A DNA stretch of 64,000 nucleotides from a virus (lineage: Duplodnaviria; Caudoviricetes): IMG/VR virus record IMGVR_UViG_3300032038_000003, positions 1 to 64,000 of that record; one strand, written 5' to 3'. Positions within the stretch are counted from its first letter, which is position 1. Every line of letters begins with the position of its first letter. The notes under the pieces were generated by a model that saw only the letters and a list, made by a program, of their open reading frames with translations, was not told the origin of the DNA and searched no databases. This document shows positions 36,723-47,177 of the stretch, one piece after another. A program made the translations under genes and the position numbers.

Positions 36723-36914
36723 ATGTACGGTGTTCTTGAACCAACCGAGGCACAATTGAGTTTCGTTAAAGATATATGTGACGTACTCAACGTTGATGAA
36801 CCAGAAGAGTTTACGAGAGAAGCATACTCAGATTTTATTTCTGAATACAAGGATCAGCTGTATAATAAAAGAGCAACCAATAGATATAATGACCAGTTTA
36901 TATTCTGGCGTTAA
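36723..36914 (+). CDS. Small hypothetical protein
   Basis: ORF with SD. Confidence 0.65.
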   Translation: MYGVLEPTEAQLSFVKDICDVLNVDEPEEFTREAYSDFISEYKDQLYNKRATNRYNDQFIFWR

Positions 36915-36932
36915 AGAGAAGGAGAACGGAGT

Positions 36933-37253
36933 ATGATCAAGAGTAATGTTTTTTATGTAGCCTCTGAAAAGACCGTGTATGTTTGTTGGGAAAAGATAAA
37001 CGGTTTATCTGGTTATACTATTTATCGTAATGGCGTAGAGTTAGCAGATTCAGAAACAAGTGATTTTGTTCGCCCCTATGAATTTGATAATGATCATCAT
37101 ACAGAATTGTTTAAGCCAGCAACGAGAAATTGGTTGTATTTTAAAGACCATTCCGTACAAGGTTTACAGCATTATAAGTATCAAATCGTAGGGAAAGGAG
37201 GACATACCTCTGAATCATATGAGTCATTACTAACAGAGGTATATACAGAATAA
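36933..37253 (+). CDS. Hypothetical protein (FN3-like pattern)
   Basis: W..GYTIYRNG..YKYQI. Confidence 0.6.
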   Translation: MIKSNVFYVASEKTVYVCWEKINGLSGYTIYRNGVELADSETSDFVRPYEFDNDHHTELFKPATRNWLYFKDHSVQGLQHYKYQIVGKGGHTSESYESLLTEVYTE

Positions 37254-37561
37254 TGACATTTGCTAAAGTACATGAAGTTTTACGATTTATTGATGCTATT
37301 AAAGGAAGGTATCCTTATGAAATTGAGGATACCTTTTCTAATGGCTTTTGTTATTGGTTCGCAAAAATGTTGGAATTAAGATTTGGAGGTACTATTTATT
37401 ATAATCCCGATATTATTCATTTTGCGACCCTTATAGAAGAACAACTATTTGATATTACAGGCTTAATTGAAGTTGGTGACAACTGGTTTAACTGGGAAGA
37501 TTATCAATCACGTAATGATACTTCAGCCATTTATCATAGTTGTATTCTTAAAGACCAATAA
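37253..37561 (+). CDS. Hypothetical phage protein
   Basis: GFCYWFA..H..FDITG. Confidence 0.7.
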   Translation: MTFAKVHEVLRFIDAIKGRYPYEIEDTFSNGFCYWFAKMLELRFGGTIYYNPDIIHFATLIEEQLFDITGLIEVGDNWFNWEDYQSRNDTSAIYHSCILKDQ

Positions 37562-37567
37562 AGTCTT

Positions 37568-37579
37568 CGCCTATCGGCG
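37568..37579 (+). promoter_or_regulatory. Hairpin promoter candidate 14
   Basis: CGCC-TATC-GGCG, GGA at +12..14, intergenic. Confidence 0.7.
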
Positions 37580-37619
37580 TATTTTTGGATTTCAAAAATA
37601 CAGAAAGGAGCATGTTTGA

Positions 37620-38378
37620 ATGTTAGAAATCGTTGATATTGGTTTCACTTTGGATTTCACAACTTTTCATAATGTTGTTGACGAAGTAATATCGGACGAA
37701 TCTTCAAGAACTGGAATTGGCTTTGACTGGAGCGATAAAGAAGCTCATTTAAGTAAAAGCAATAAAAATGTATATAAAATTACATTTACCAATCTTGACA
37801 GCAGTAACACGATTGACTTGGTTGCAAGTAAAGTAGCAAGTGGAATACAATTCGAACCAATCGAATTAAGAAACTATAATAATACATTTTATAAATGGAA
37901 TTATGAGGACGATGATTTAATGCAAGTAATGTTACTTGCTTTAAAGAAGAGTGCATTAAAAGCCAAAGGAAACTTTGGATGTATTTTCGACGGTCAATAT
38001 ACCCTTGTAAAAGACGGTAGAGATATGTCCACACATGTTGCTGGTTTGGCAATAATTGATGATCGAGGAAAGGTATATCATCTGAAACACGGTCAGAACC
38101 TTGACGAAGAAGATGATGATAATACAATAGGATATGTTCCAAAGTACTTGATTAATGACTGGTTGGACGAGAATCCACAGTTTCAAGCAAAACTACAGAC
38201 AATACCAAAGATTGATCAGTTCGAGATGATGGCACAGTTTGCCGTATATCAGAAAAGAAAGAATATGTTAACAGCTGATCAGTTTAGAGATGTATTGTTA
38301 CAAGTAGGTACTTTTGCAGAAATGATAGGTGGTTTCAAAGATGAATCTATCAAGAGCATCTATCAATTTTTTGTATAA
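37620..38378 (+). CDS. Hypothetical protein
   Basis: ORF with SD. Confidence 0.75.
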   Translation: MLEIVDIGFTLDFTTFHNVVDEVISDESSRTGIGFDWSDKEAHLSKSNKNVYKITFTNLDSSNTIDLVASKVASGIQFEPIELRNYNNTFYKWNYEDDDLMQVMLLALKKSALKAKGNFGCIFDGQYTLVKDGRDMSTHVAGLAIIDDRGKVYHLKHGQNLDEEDDDNTIGYVPKYLINDWLDENPQFQAKLQTIPKIDQFEMMAQFAVYQKRKNMLTADQFRDVLLQVGTFAEMIGGFKDESIKSIYQFFV

Positions 38379-38384
38379 AGGAGA

Positions 38385-39836
38385 ATGAAACACATGAATA
38401 ACGAAGATAAAGGAGAAAAGACAATGGAATCATCAGCAGCACTGAATTTTGGTGGACTTGACAGCATGTTTGATGACATGTTTACACCAGCACCACAGAA
38501 GACAGTCGAAGAAAATAAAACAGAACAGAAAGAACTTACCGCAGAAGAGACACAGGAGTTACAGGGAAAGGTAGAAAATATTTCCAGTGTGAATATTGAT
38601 ACAGCCTTAAGCAAGCTTACAAATATCGAGGTAGAACTGAACAACGAGTTCGTAGAAAGAAACGAACTTATTAAGATTATGTTACTTTCAGTGGTTACCA
38701 GCTCTAACCTTTTAATGCTTGGCCCTCCTGGTACTGCTAAGTCATTAATTAGTAGAGCAATGTGTAACCGTATCGACAACTCTAACTATTTTGAGTGGCT
38801 CTTAAATAAATCTTCTGATCCAGCAGAATTGCTTGGTACTTTCTCTATTAAGGGAATGGAAAATGATCAGTTTAAGAGAATGACTGCTGGTAAGTTACCA
38901 GAGGCAAATATTGCCTTCATCGATGAAGTATATAAGTGTAATTCACCTACTCTTAATGCATTGTTAAGTATTATGAATGAGCACGTATTCTTCAATGATG
39001 GTAAGCCAGTAGATGTTCCTTTGATTTCTATGTTTGCAGCTTCAAATGAGCCACCAGAGGACGATAGCCTTCTGGCAATGCATGATAGATTCTTATTTAG
39101 AATCGAAGTTGAGTATGTTCATGATGCCGCTAATAAGAAGAGAATGTTCAACAATTACATCTATGATCGTGCTGGCGTTGCAACAAACAAGGCACATACT
39201 ACTATTACGGTAGAAGAACTTGAAGCATTACAGGCTAAGGCAAGAACCATTCCTGTACCAAAGGCAATCATCAACAAGTTCATTTCGTTAATGAACGGTC
39301 TTCAGAAGAATGCTACTATTTCTATTTCTGATAGACGTGCAAATGAATGCTTTAAGGTATTACAGGGTTCTGCATTGCTTAACGGACGTAACAAGGTTGG
39401 TCTTGATGACTTCAATGCATTGAAGTATGTTCTCTGGGAGAAGAAAGAGGACATTGATACTATCGGTGCAGAAATTAGCAAAATCGTTAATCCTTATGAT
39501 GAAGAATTTGCTAAGTTCACAAGACAGTTCAATGAAGTTAAGGATAAGATTGAATCCAGCAGCGACATTAAGGACAGAAACCAGGCATACTTCCAGTATC
39601 AGAATTCTATTAAGAATACTATCGGAAGAATGAATAAGCTGATTTCTGAGGCATCCACAAGTGGTAAGGATGTTACTGAGTTCGCTAAGTTCCGTGACGA
39701 AATCGTATCTTATCATACAAACCTTGCAAATGAAATTCTTGGTGGTACATTAGGTAATTCATTTAACAGTGTAACACTCGATTCAGATATCGATAATGTC
39801 AATAACGACACAGATTCTGATGACGAGAATTTCTAA
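38385..39836 (+). CDS. MoxR/RavA-family AAA+ ATPase
   Basis: GPPGTAKS, FIDEVYK, ASNE, DRFLFR, ISDRR. Confidence 0.9.
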   Translation: MKHMNNEDKGEKTMESSAALNFGGLDSMFDDMFTPAPQKTVEENKTEQKELTAEETQELQGKVENISSVNIDTALSKLTNIEVELNNEFVERNELIKIMLLSVVTSSNLLMLGPPGTAKSLISRAMCNRIDNSNYFEWLLNKSSDPAELLGTFSIKGMENDQFKRMTAGKLPEANIAFIDEVYKCNSPTLNALLSIMNEHVFFNDGKPVDVPLISMFAASNEPPEDDSLLAMHDRFLFRIEVEYVHDAANKKRMFNNYIYDRAGVATNKAHTTITVEELEALQAKARTIPVPKAIINKFISLMNGLQKNATISISDRRANECFKVLQGSALLNGRNKVGLDDFNALKYVLWEKKEDIDTIGAEISKIVNPYDEEFAKFTRQFNEVKDKIESSSDIKDRNQAYFQYQNSIKNTIGRMNKLISEASTSGKDVTEFAKFRDEIVSYHTNLANEILGGTLGNSFNSVTLDSDIDNVNNDTDSDDENF

Positions 39837-39902
39837 TTTGTAACTAACTCTTGTGGTTCGTAAGAGAAATCTTACGAACCACATTTTTATTGGAGGTAAC
39901 AT

Positions 39903-41729
39903 ATGGCATTAGATTTGAATGCGTTTTTTAATAATCTGAAGTCATATACGGTAGACGACGATGATAATACACAAGCAGATGGAAACCAGATGGATCCAGC
40001 TTTGTATAATAAAAGTCTATCTGATATGACAGAAGAAGAAAAAGAACAATTCTATGAATCTAAAGACTATAAGGAATATAGTGCTGGTACAGAGATTTTC
40101 AATGACAGCTATTCTGTTAATTATAGCGGTAAGAATGTACAGGAAATCTTTGGACTGTCTGGTAAATCCAATAAGTATTCGTATAACTGTTTTGAGTTTC
40201 TTGAAACAGATCACGAAGACTATCTTGATATCGTAGATTTCTCTCCAGAAATGCAGAATACTATTGCAGAAGGAGAAGCTTTACTGCCAACATTTAAATA
40301 TCTTCATGAAGATATTTTTATGTCTTTATATCAGTATAATGCTACGGTATTACCGCCAGAACGTATGCACATCCAGTCTTGGATGAATAGAAATATTTTA
40401 AGTCAGTTAATCAATACACCAGTATTCATTACATTAAGAAAGACTTGTCGTTGTGACTTGTTCAATGCTGGTATTGGTACTGAAATCATTGGTAAACAGG
40501 CCATTGAAATTCTTAAGAAAGAACTTGCAAAGATTAAGGATTTTCAGAAAAAGAAAGATGCTCTTGAAAAGCTTGTTGAACAAGAAGAACAGATGGACTC
40601 TCTTGCAGAAGACCTTGATGAAATGGAAGAGCTTCTTGATGAAATGCGTATGAGTGGTCAGGAAGGTTCTCAAGAGTTCGAAGAATTACAAGAGCAGTAT
40701 AACAATGGTGAAATGAATCTACAGCAAGCAAGAGCTGTTGCAGAGCAGATGGCACAGGATTGTGAGGAGCTTGTTGAGACAACTGATGACCTTGTAGATA
40801 ACTTTACTGTACAGATGGATAATTCTATTATTAACGCAACATCTGAAGTACAGCAAGTGTCTGATTATGTACAAGCGTGGGGGTTAGGAGAAGGCAGTGA
40901 CATTAAAATACCATTCGGTTTAAAGAGGTCAGCACTTGAGCGTATCAGAAATTCAGAGTATTTGCGTAAGTTTACCGATATGATTGGTAAATATAAAGAA
41001 TGTGCAGTAACTGAACAGAAAAAGAAAGTAAAGGCTTCTGCCATTGAAATCAAATCTGTTAAGGTTGGCGATAAGATTGAAGATGCATTGCCATCTGATA
41101 AGTTAAATCTTTGTAATAATATTACAAAGAAAGACTTTTATCGTCGTATGACTCAAGGACAGCTTATGTCTTATGACAAGGAATCACAGAAGCAGAAGAA
41201 TAAAGGTCCGATTATCGTATGTATTGACCAGTCTGGTTCAATGCAAGGTGATAAAGATATGTGGGCTAAAGCATTGGCTGTAGGTATTCTTGAAGTTGCA
41301 CAGTTACAGAAGCGAGAGTTTGCTTGTATTCCTTATGATAGTAGATGTCGTAAGACTACTATTATTCACAAGGACGAAATCAGTCCAGATAAGATTATCG
41401 GTATTGCAGAAGAAAGAGCAACTGGTGGTACTGATTTCGAATCACCATTGAAAGAAGCATCTAAACTTATTGAAGATTCTAACTTCAAAGAGGCAGACGT
41501 TGTATTTATTACTGATGGTGATTGTTGCGTATCTGATGAATTCAGACGTAAGTTTAAGCAGTTAAAGGAAGACAAAGAGTTCCGTACTATGGGTGTTCTT
41601 GTTGATTACGGATATACATCCAGAACTACTCTCAATGATTTCTGCGACTCTGTAACTACTGTAAGTAAGATTGCAGATGCAAAGAATGCAAATTCTGATG
41701 TAAACAAAATGATCTTTGGTTCGTTGTAA
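39903..41729 (+). CDS. VWA-domain protein (ViaA-like partner)
   Basis: KGPIIVCIDQSGSM, GGTDF, FITDG. Confidence 0.9.
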   Translation: MALDLNAFFNNLKSYTVDDDDNTQADGNQMDPALYNKSLSDMTEEEKEQFYESKDYKEYSAGTEIFNDSYSVNYSGKNVQEIFGLSGKSNKYSYNCFEFLETDHEDYLDIVDFSPEMQNTIAEGEALLPTFKYLHEDIFMSLYQYNATVLPPERMHIQSWMNRNILSQLINTPVFITLRKTCRCDLFNAGIGTEIIGKQAIEILKKELAKIKDFQKKKDALEKLVEQEEQMDSLAEDLDEMEELLDEMRMSGQEGSQEFEELQEQYNNGEMNLQQARAVAEQMAQDCEELVETTDDLVDNFTVQMDNSIINATSEVQQVSDYVQAWGLGEGSDIKIPFGLKRSALERIRNSEYLRKFTDMIGKYKECAVTEQKKKVKASAIEIKSVKVGDKIEDALPSDKLNLCNNITKKDFYRRMTQGQLMSYDKESQKQKNKGPIIVCIDQSGSMQGDKDMWAKALAVGILEVAQLQKREFACIPYDSRCRKTTIIHKDEISPDKIIGIAEERATGGTDFESPLKEASKLIEDSNFKEADVVFITDGDCCVSDEFRRKFKQLKEDKEFRTMGVLVDYGYTSRTTLNDFCDSVTTVSKIADAKNANSDVNKMIFGSL

Positions 41730-41936
41730 TATCAAACCCACCAGCAGATACGCTGGTGGGTATTTCAATCGAGAGGAGAATTATAGTGATACTTCTTTAC
41801 CAATGATTTTTGAAGACCTTATCAGAGTAAATAAAATCTGGTAAGGTATTTCTTTTGAAAGTCTTGTATGGTAAAATATATTAACGAGGTAGATAAAAAA
41901 CTACCAGTAAGACAGTGAAAAGGAGGTAAGTGAGTT

Positions 41937-42278
41937 ATGGCAATCCAGAGTTTAGTGTCAAATGCAAGTATCATGATGACAGTGGTTGCTGTATTATGCA
42001 CTTTAATTTCTGTCATTACAGAGTTCACCAAAGAGATAGGTTTTCTTAAAAAGATACCTACTGATTTGCAGGTGTTAGTGTTATCACTAATTGTGTGTAT
42101 TGTTGCTTTCTTCGCTTATATCTCTTATGCAGGTATTCCTTTTGTGTGGTATTACCTTGTTGCAGTTATTTTTGCAAGTTTTATTGTTGCAATCATCTGT
42201 ACAAAGGGTTGGGAATATCTGATAGAGATTTGGAAGAGATATTACAAAAAGGATTCAACAGTTAGAAAGGAGACTTGA
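41937..42278 (+). CDS. Putative holin (3 TM)
   Basis: Three hydrophobic helices, basic tail, precedes lysin. Confidence 0.7.
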   Translation: MAIQSLVSNASIMMTVVAVLCTLISVITEFTKEIGFLKKIPTDLQVLVLSLIVCIVAFFAYISYAGIPFVWYYLVAVIFASFIVAIICTKGWEYLIEIWKRYYKKDSTVRKET

Positions 42279-42281
42279 TAA

Positions 42282-43220
42282 ATGATTTATGACATTTCAA
42301 GCTATCAAGAGGGCTTGGATATAAGCACACTTGAAGATTTAGAGGGCGTAATCATTCGAGCAGGCTGGGGAGACGATTTTGAACAGCAGGACGATTCAGC
42401 AACACGGAATTTTGTTGAACAATGCAAGGCCAATGGCATCCCTTTCGGATTCTATCTCTTCAGCTATGCGACTGATACAGGAATTGGATTTGATTCGCAT
42501 ATAGAATCGGAAATTGAGCACATGAACAGGCTTTTGGCTTTGTATGGCACTCCTGCCTTGGGTGTATGGCTTGATATCGAGAATGAGGAGGCATACAAAA
42601 GGGCAAAATGCGGATGGGAGGATTCAGAGCACACCGATGAGCTGAATGGATACATTGCAAAATGGCTTGACACATATCCAACGGGTGGCATTTATTGCGA
42701 CAGAAGCCACAACAGTTATCTTGACATTCCAGTGGACAGACTATGGCTTGCTACACTTGACGGCACAAAGATAGAGGACTGTGTGCTCTGTCAGTTCACA
42801 TCAGACCCGCTTGATACAAATGTATGGGGAAATTATCGACTTGAGGCACACGAGGACGCAACAGAGGCTGAGGAAGAAGAGACAGAGGATGTGACTTACA
42901 TCGTGGAGCCAGGTGACACCCTTTGGAGTATCGCTGAACGATTCTTCGGTGATGGTAACCGATACAAGGAAATAGCTGAGCTTAATAACTTGGCTGACCC
43001 TAACATCATCCATGCAGGCCAAGAACTCGTGATACAGCGAGTCAGTGGTGATGATGAGGAAGAGTCACTTCCCGCTGACTACATCGTGCAGGAAGGCGAC
43101 ACACTCTGGAGCATAGCTGAAAGAGCCTACGGCGATGGAAGTAAGTACACAGAGATAGCTGAGAAGAACGGCTTGGAAAATCCTGAGCTAATCTATCCAG
43201 GACAAAGAATTATGCTATAA
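42282..43220 (+). CDS. GH25 lysozyme with two LysM domains
   Basis: DISSYQ, LDIE; two YIV..GDTLWSIAER LysM repeats. Confidence 0.9.
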   Translation: MIYDISSYQEGLDISTLEDLEGVIIRAGWGDDFEQQDDSATRNFVEQCKANGIPFGFYLFSYATDTGIGFDSHIESEIEHMNRLLALYGTPALGVWLDIENEEAYKRAKCGWEDSEHTDELNGYIAKWLDTYPTGGIYCDRSHNSYLDIPVDRLWLATLDGTKIEDCVLCQFTSDPLDTNVWGNYRLEAHEDATEAEEEETEDVTYIVEPGDTLWSIAERFFGDGNRYKEIAELNNLADPNIIHAGQELVIQRVSGDDEEESLPADYIVQEGDTLWSIAERAYGDGSKYTEIAEKNGLENPELIYPGQRIML

Positions 43221-43310
43221 CAATGTAAACAAAATGATCTTTGGTTCGTTGTAATATCAAACCCACCAGCGTATCTGCTGGTGGGTATTTCAATCTAGAG
43301 GAGAATTATA

Positions 43311-44090
43311 ATGATTGATGTTGAAGACCAGATTCAGAATCTGAATTTAACCAGTGAACTTGGTAAAATGATTACAAGTACGAGCGAGTTCCAGTCATTC
43401 AGTACAGATACTGATTTTATACAGGAAACTCTAAATGTTCTTGCTTCTGATAATCTTATCAACAAGAAAAATTATTTCATGGATAACCAGGTTTATATTA
43501 CAGACACTTTAAAGAATCTCCATGATTTACTCCAGTTATTGCAAGACAATGTTGGAGCAGATAATGCAGATGCTGATTTGGTTCAGCTTGTTAAGGTTGT
43601 CGGTGTTACTATTAACCAGCTTGAACGTGGTATCGATAAGTTCAATCAAGAACTTACTGGGCAAGTATCTTCTCATACACAGAAAGATGAAGTACTTGTC
43701 ACAGAAGATACTATCAAAGAAGCTATGCAGACAAATGAGAATACTATGCAGATCGCAAAAGATTTACGCAATCCAGATCAGATTGAGATTGACGAAAAGA
43801 CTGCACAGATTCAGAAAAGTTTCCAGGAGCTTAAACAACAGAAACGTGCAGCGGCAGCGATGCAACAGAATAGACCGCAGAAAGGTATACAGCCAAATGC
43901 ACAGCCAGTAAGATATCTGATTGCATCTCAAGACTTACAGGAAGTTCGCTTTGTACAGCAACAGTGTAATAAACAAATGTTAAACAATATCTTACAGAAT
44001 TGTGGTATTGATGATGCCAGAGTGTTTGAACTTAAAGAAGTTCCTACAAGGAAAAAAATAATTCAGAAGACGGTAACAGTTATAGGATAA
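43311..44090 (+). CDS. Hypothetical coiled-coil protein
   Basis: ORF with SD. Confidence 0.75.
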   Translation: MIDVEDQIQNLNLTSELGKMITSTSEFQSFSTDTDFIQETLNVLASDNLINKKNYFMDNQVYITDTLKNLHDLLQLLQDNVGADNADADLVQLVKVVGVTINQLERGIDKFNQELTGQVSSHTQKDEVLVTEDTIKEAMQTNENTMQIAKDLRNPDQIEIDEKTAQIQKSFQELKQQKRAAAAMQQNRPQKGIQPNAQPVRYLIASQDLQEVRFVQQQCNKQMLNNILQNCGIDDARVFELKEVPTRKKIIQKTVTVIG

Positions 44091-44096
44091 GGAGGT

Positions 44097-45056
44097 ATGG
44101 TTATGCCCGCTTTATATCAAAGCAACCAAGACGTACCAGACAATATGTTACTTGGTAATCTTTTAACCTATACTCTTACTAATATGACAGTAAGTGAACA
44201 GGATTTATTAGATACGTTTGCTAATAATAATCTGTCACAGTCATATGTACGTAAGATTTCTCATGCAGATGCGTTCCGTAGAGCCACATCATCTATTAAG
44301 AACGAAAAAGTTGTTTATATAGACGATAATGGTGATCAGTTTGACGGACGTATCAATGTTGATGAAGTGGTAAACGATAATATGTACATTAAAAGAATAG
44401 TCGGAGTAAGAGTGTTAAATGATCAAAAGGAAGAAGTATCATATACACAGCTCGGTGCTATTACATATGATCGTGCAAATGATCGTTGTGCAACATATTT
44501 GGAGCCAACATCTACGCATTATGTAGCGAATATCAGTTTCTTATTTAATCAAATAGAAACTCGTTATATGACATGGTCTACATATCATAATCACGATACG
44601 ATCCGTAATATTATCAATCGTATCGTATATGATATGCATCCAGTAGCTTTAATGTCTACTGGTATTAACAAGTTTATTCCTAAAACATCTAAAGATACTC
44701 TATATGCATTAAAGGGTGTATTGAATGATTTATCTCAGTATAGCGATAACGGTTACGGAGAGAACGTAGTTGAAATCATTCCATTCATCGATACCCAGGA
44801 ACAGCGTGACCTTGTAAATAAAATGTATGAGGAAGAAATCAAAGAGACGCTGTATAATTACAGTATGGAGTTGGCAGAGATACTGAAAAAGAAACAGACT
44901 CTGTCGAGTAGACAGGCTGCTACTTATGTTGAAAAGTACAGAGAACTTTCAGACAAAGTAAAAGACTATCAAGGATTGTTAGGTACATATACACAGAACA
45001 TCCATGATCAGTTACAAGCAGCTTTTCAGTTAATAGACGATAATAAGGAATCATAA
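44097..45056 (+). CDS. DUF6744/DUF3150-like protein often found near AAA-VWA pairs
   Basis: LLGNLLTY..DAFRRATS pattern; context. Confidence 0.5.
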   Translation: MVMPALYQSNQDVPDNMLLGNLLTYTLTNMTVSEQDLLDTFANNNLSQSYVRKISHADAFRRATSSIKNEKVVYIDDNGDQFDGRINVDEVVNDNMYIKRIVGVRVLNDQKEEVSYTQLGAITYDRANDRCATYLEPTSTHYVANISFLFNQIETRYMTWSTYHNHDTIRNIINRIVYDMHPVALMSTGINKFIPKTSKDTLYALKGVLNDLSQYSDNGYGENVVEIIPFIDTQEQRDLVNKMYEEEIKETLYNYSMELAEILKKKQTLSSRQAATYVEKYRELSDKVKDYQGLLGTYTQNIHDQLQAAFQLIDDNKES

Positions 45057-45058
45057 CT

Positions 45059-45475
45059 ATGTACAAATATGTTAAGGGCATCACAGTATTAAGTGAAGAT
45101 CGAATGCCAAATGCGTTAGAGGTAGCACAAGAATACAATCTATGGATGCCATTAACAGATTCTATGACCCCTAACGGGGAACTCATAGAATTCTTAGTTA
45201 AGGCTTACATAGAGAAAAACAATTATAAGACGAGCGAATACTATTATATCAATCCTTATAATGTTTCTTTCCCTGTATATCCATGGAAATTTATAGGACC
45301 GATTATGGATGAATTTATCGAGTATCTTGAGCAAAATAATATAGTAAAAGATAAAGAAAAGATTTATACCATAGGAAATATAGATTTTATGTATTATGAC
45401 GAGCCTCGCCAAGAATGCAAAATAATAAGCTTAGAAGAATTTAAAAAGCGAAAGGAAGGAAAGCATCATGATTAA
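45059..45475 (+). CDS. Hypothetical protein
   Basis: ORF. Confidence 0.7.
   Translation: MYKYVKGITVLSEDRMPNALEVAQEYNLWMPLTDSMTPNGELIEFLVKAYIEKNNYKTSEYYYINPYNVSFPVYPWKFIGPIMDEFIEYLEQNNIVKDKEKIYTIGNIDFMYYDEPRQECKIISLEEFKKRKEGKHHD
45168..45179 (+). promoter_or_regulatory. Hairpin promoter candidate 15 (intragenic)
   Basis: CCCC-TAAC-GGGG, AGAA at +12..15. Confidence 0.5.
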
Positions 45476-46124
45476 TTGCCCAAAATGCGGTAGTAACATC
45501 TTTCAGACTGGACTGCATATGTGTAAAAGAGCAAACGTTGATTTTGTAAATGGAGTTCTTACAGTTCAGCCTTTTGAAAACGAAGTAGATAACTCTTTAA
45601 TCCAGTGTACACAGTGTGGTGAGAAGTTTAATGTAAATGACGAGAATGTTGTTCACATGCTTACACATCCACTTATTAAGTGTACAAAATGTGGAAAGGA
45701 ATTCACAGAAGAAGAGCTGGACGAGAATCATGTATGTGCAATCTGTCGTGTAAAAGAAATGGACGCTGGATTTTCTCAGTTAGAGAACGCAGACCCTTTT
45801 ACACTTATGAGAATGCTTGCACAGGTTCGTATTGACAATCTCAATCTTACCAAGACAAACGAACAGATTCAGAAACGTCTTGAGAGAGCAGAAGAGATTG
45901 GACAGGAAAACAACGAACAGCCAGAAGAAACACCAAAGAAAAAGCGTGGTGGACGTAAGAAGAAGACAGAAGAACCAGTGCAGACAGAGGAAGATACTAT
46001 TGATATCGACGGAGAGGATGCACAGGGAGACTCTGATATTGAAATCAGTGAAGATGTAGCACCAGACTTACCAGCAGAGGTAACTGCTATGTCTAATGAA
46101 ATGAATGCAGAAACAGAGGAGTAA
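45468..46124 (+). CDS. Double Zn-ribbon protein with acidic tail
   Basis: Four CxxC pairs. Confidence 0.75.
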   Translation: MINCPKCGSNIFQTGLHMCKRANVDFVNGVLTVQPFENEVDNSLIQCTQCGEKFNVNDENVVHMLTHPLIKCTKCGKEFTEEELDENHVCAICRVKEMDAGFSQLENADPFTLMRMLAQVRIDNLNLTKTNEQIQKRLERAEEIGQENNEQPEETPKKKRGGRKKKTEEPVQTEEDTIDIDGEDAQGDSDIEISEDVAPDLPAEVTAMSNEMNAETEE

Positions 46125-46126
46125 AT

Positions 46127-46774
46127 ATGGAGACAGCGACACCTAATGCTATCTCTGTTAATATTCCAATTCAATCAGACTTTAGTGACATTACAAAAGA
46201 ATCTATTGATGAATGTGTAGATATTGTAAAACTCAACGCATTAAACAGTGCTTTGTATTGTAATTGTCATTATTCCAATTGCAGTAATTGCGACAAGACA
46301 CAGGGTAAGTGTATCTCAAATGGTGGATTAAATGCGTCTATAATGTTTGTAGACGCATTTCCATCAGAGTATGAATCTGTTGCTGGAGCATTTACTGAAG
46401 AAAAAGGATATATTTTGAATGAAGTCTTGAAAGGAACTAAATATAAACGCTCTGATATCTATTGCACTAACATGATTAAGTGTCATAATGTTCAAGATAC
46501 AAACAGTAATATAATTTCTCATTGTCTTGAGGAATATTTTTACAAAGAGATAGAGTTGGTGAAGCCGAAGCGTATTATATTCACATATTCTGCTTTTCAA
46601 GCTTGTTTAAAATATAAAGTTGTTCCTCATACTGGCAACGTGAATTATTTTACAAAGATACATACAAATATTCGTAACCTTGAAACGGATATATTTATAG
46701 TGTATGATATAAAAGCGTTGACACAACAGCAGAGAGATGCATTCAAACAAGGTATGAAAATGATTTTACAATAA
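46127..46774 (+). CDS. Family-4 uracil-DNA glycosylase-like protein, catalytic motifs degenerate
   Basis: IMFVDAFP, YCTNMIKC, EIELVKPKRII. Confidence 0.65.
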   Translation: METATPNAISVNIPIQSDFSDITKESIDECVDIVKLNALNSALYCNCHYSNCSNCDKTQGKCISNGGLNASIMFVDAFPSEYESVAGAFTEEKGYILNEVLKGTKYKRSDIYCTNMIKCHNVQDTNSNIISHCLEEYFYKEIELVKPKRIIFTYSAFQACLKYKVVPHTGNVNYFTKIHTNIRNLETDIFIVYDIKALTQQQRDAFKQGMKMILQ

Positions 46775-46786
46775 GGAGGCACGTAT

Positions 46787-47107
46787 ATGGACGCAACTAA
46801 AATTGTTGTGAAGGGAGCCAGAGTTCTCGTTAAGGAACAGAAGCTTTCCCAGACCACAGAAAGTGGTATTATTATCCAGGGAAGAGAGAAAGAACATACG
46901 AACCAAGGTATTGTACTTGCCGTTGGCGAAGGAGCAATGCTTGAGGACGGAACTTTAGTACCAGTGGGAGTAAAGGTAGGAGATAAGGTAATGTATACGG
47001 CATTCAGTGGTAGTCCAATCACTAAGGCTGGAGACGATGACGAAGAAGATGTAAGATATTTAATTCTTAATGAAAGAGATATCTTATGCCAGATTTTACC
47101 AGATTAA
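46787..47107 (+). CDS. groES: Co-chaperonin GroES
   Basis: TTESGII, VLAVGEG, VKVGDKV, ILNERDIL. Confidence 0.95.
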   Translation: MDATKIVVKGARVLVKEQKLSQTTESGIIIQGREKEHTNQGIVLAVGEGAMLEDGTLVPVGVKVGDKVMYTAFSGSPITKAGDDDEEDVRYLILNERDILCQILPD

Positions 47108-47177
47108 ACAATAATAAAGAAATAATGGTGGTGGTAGGCATTGTCTTACCACCACTTTTTTATTGTAGGAGGTTAAT

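Larger units (their letters stand above)
41698..43315 (+). mobile_element. Holin-endolysin cassette flanked by 93-bp direct repeats (41698-41790, 43223-43315)
   Basis: Near-identical repeats include VWA gene end, terminator, SD and start codon. Confidence 0.8.
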
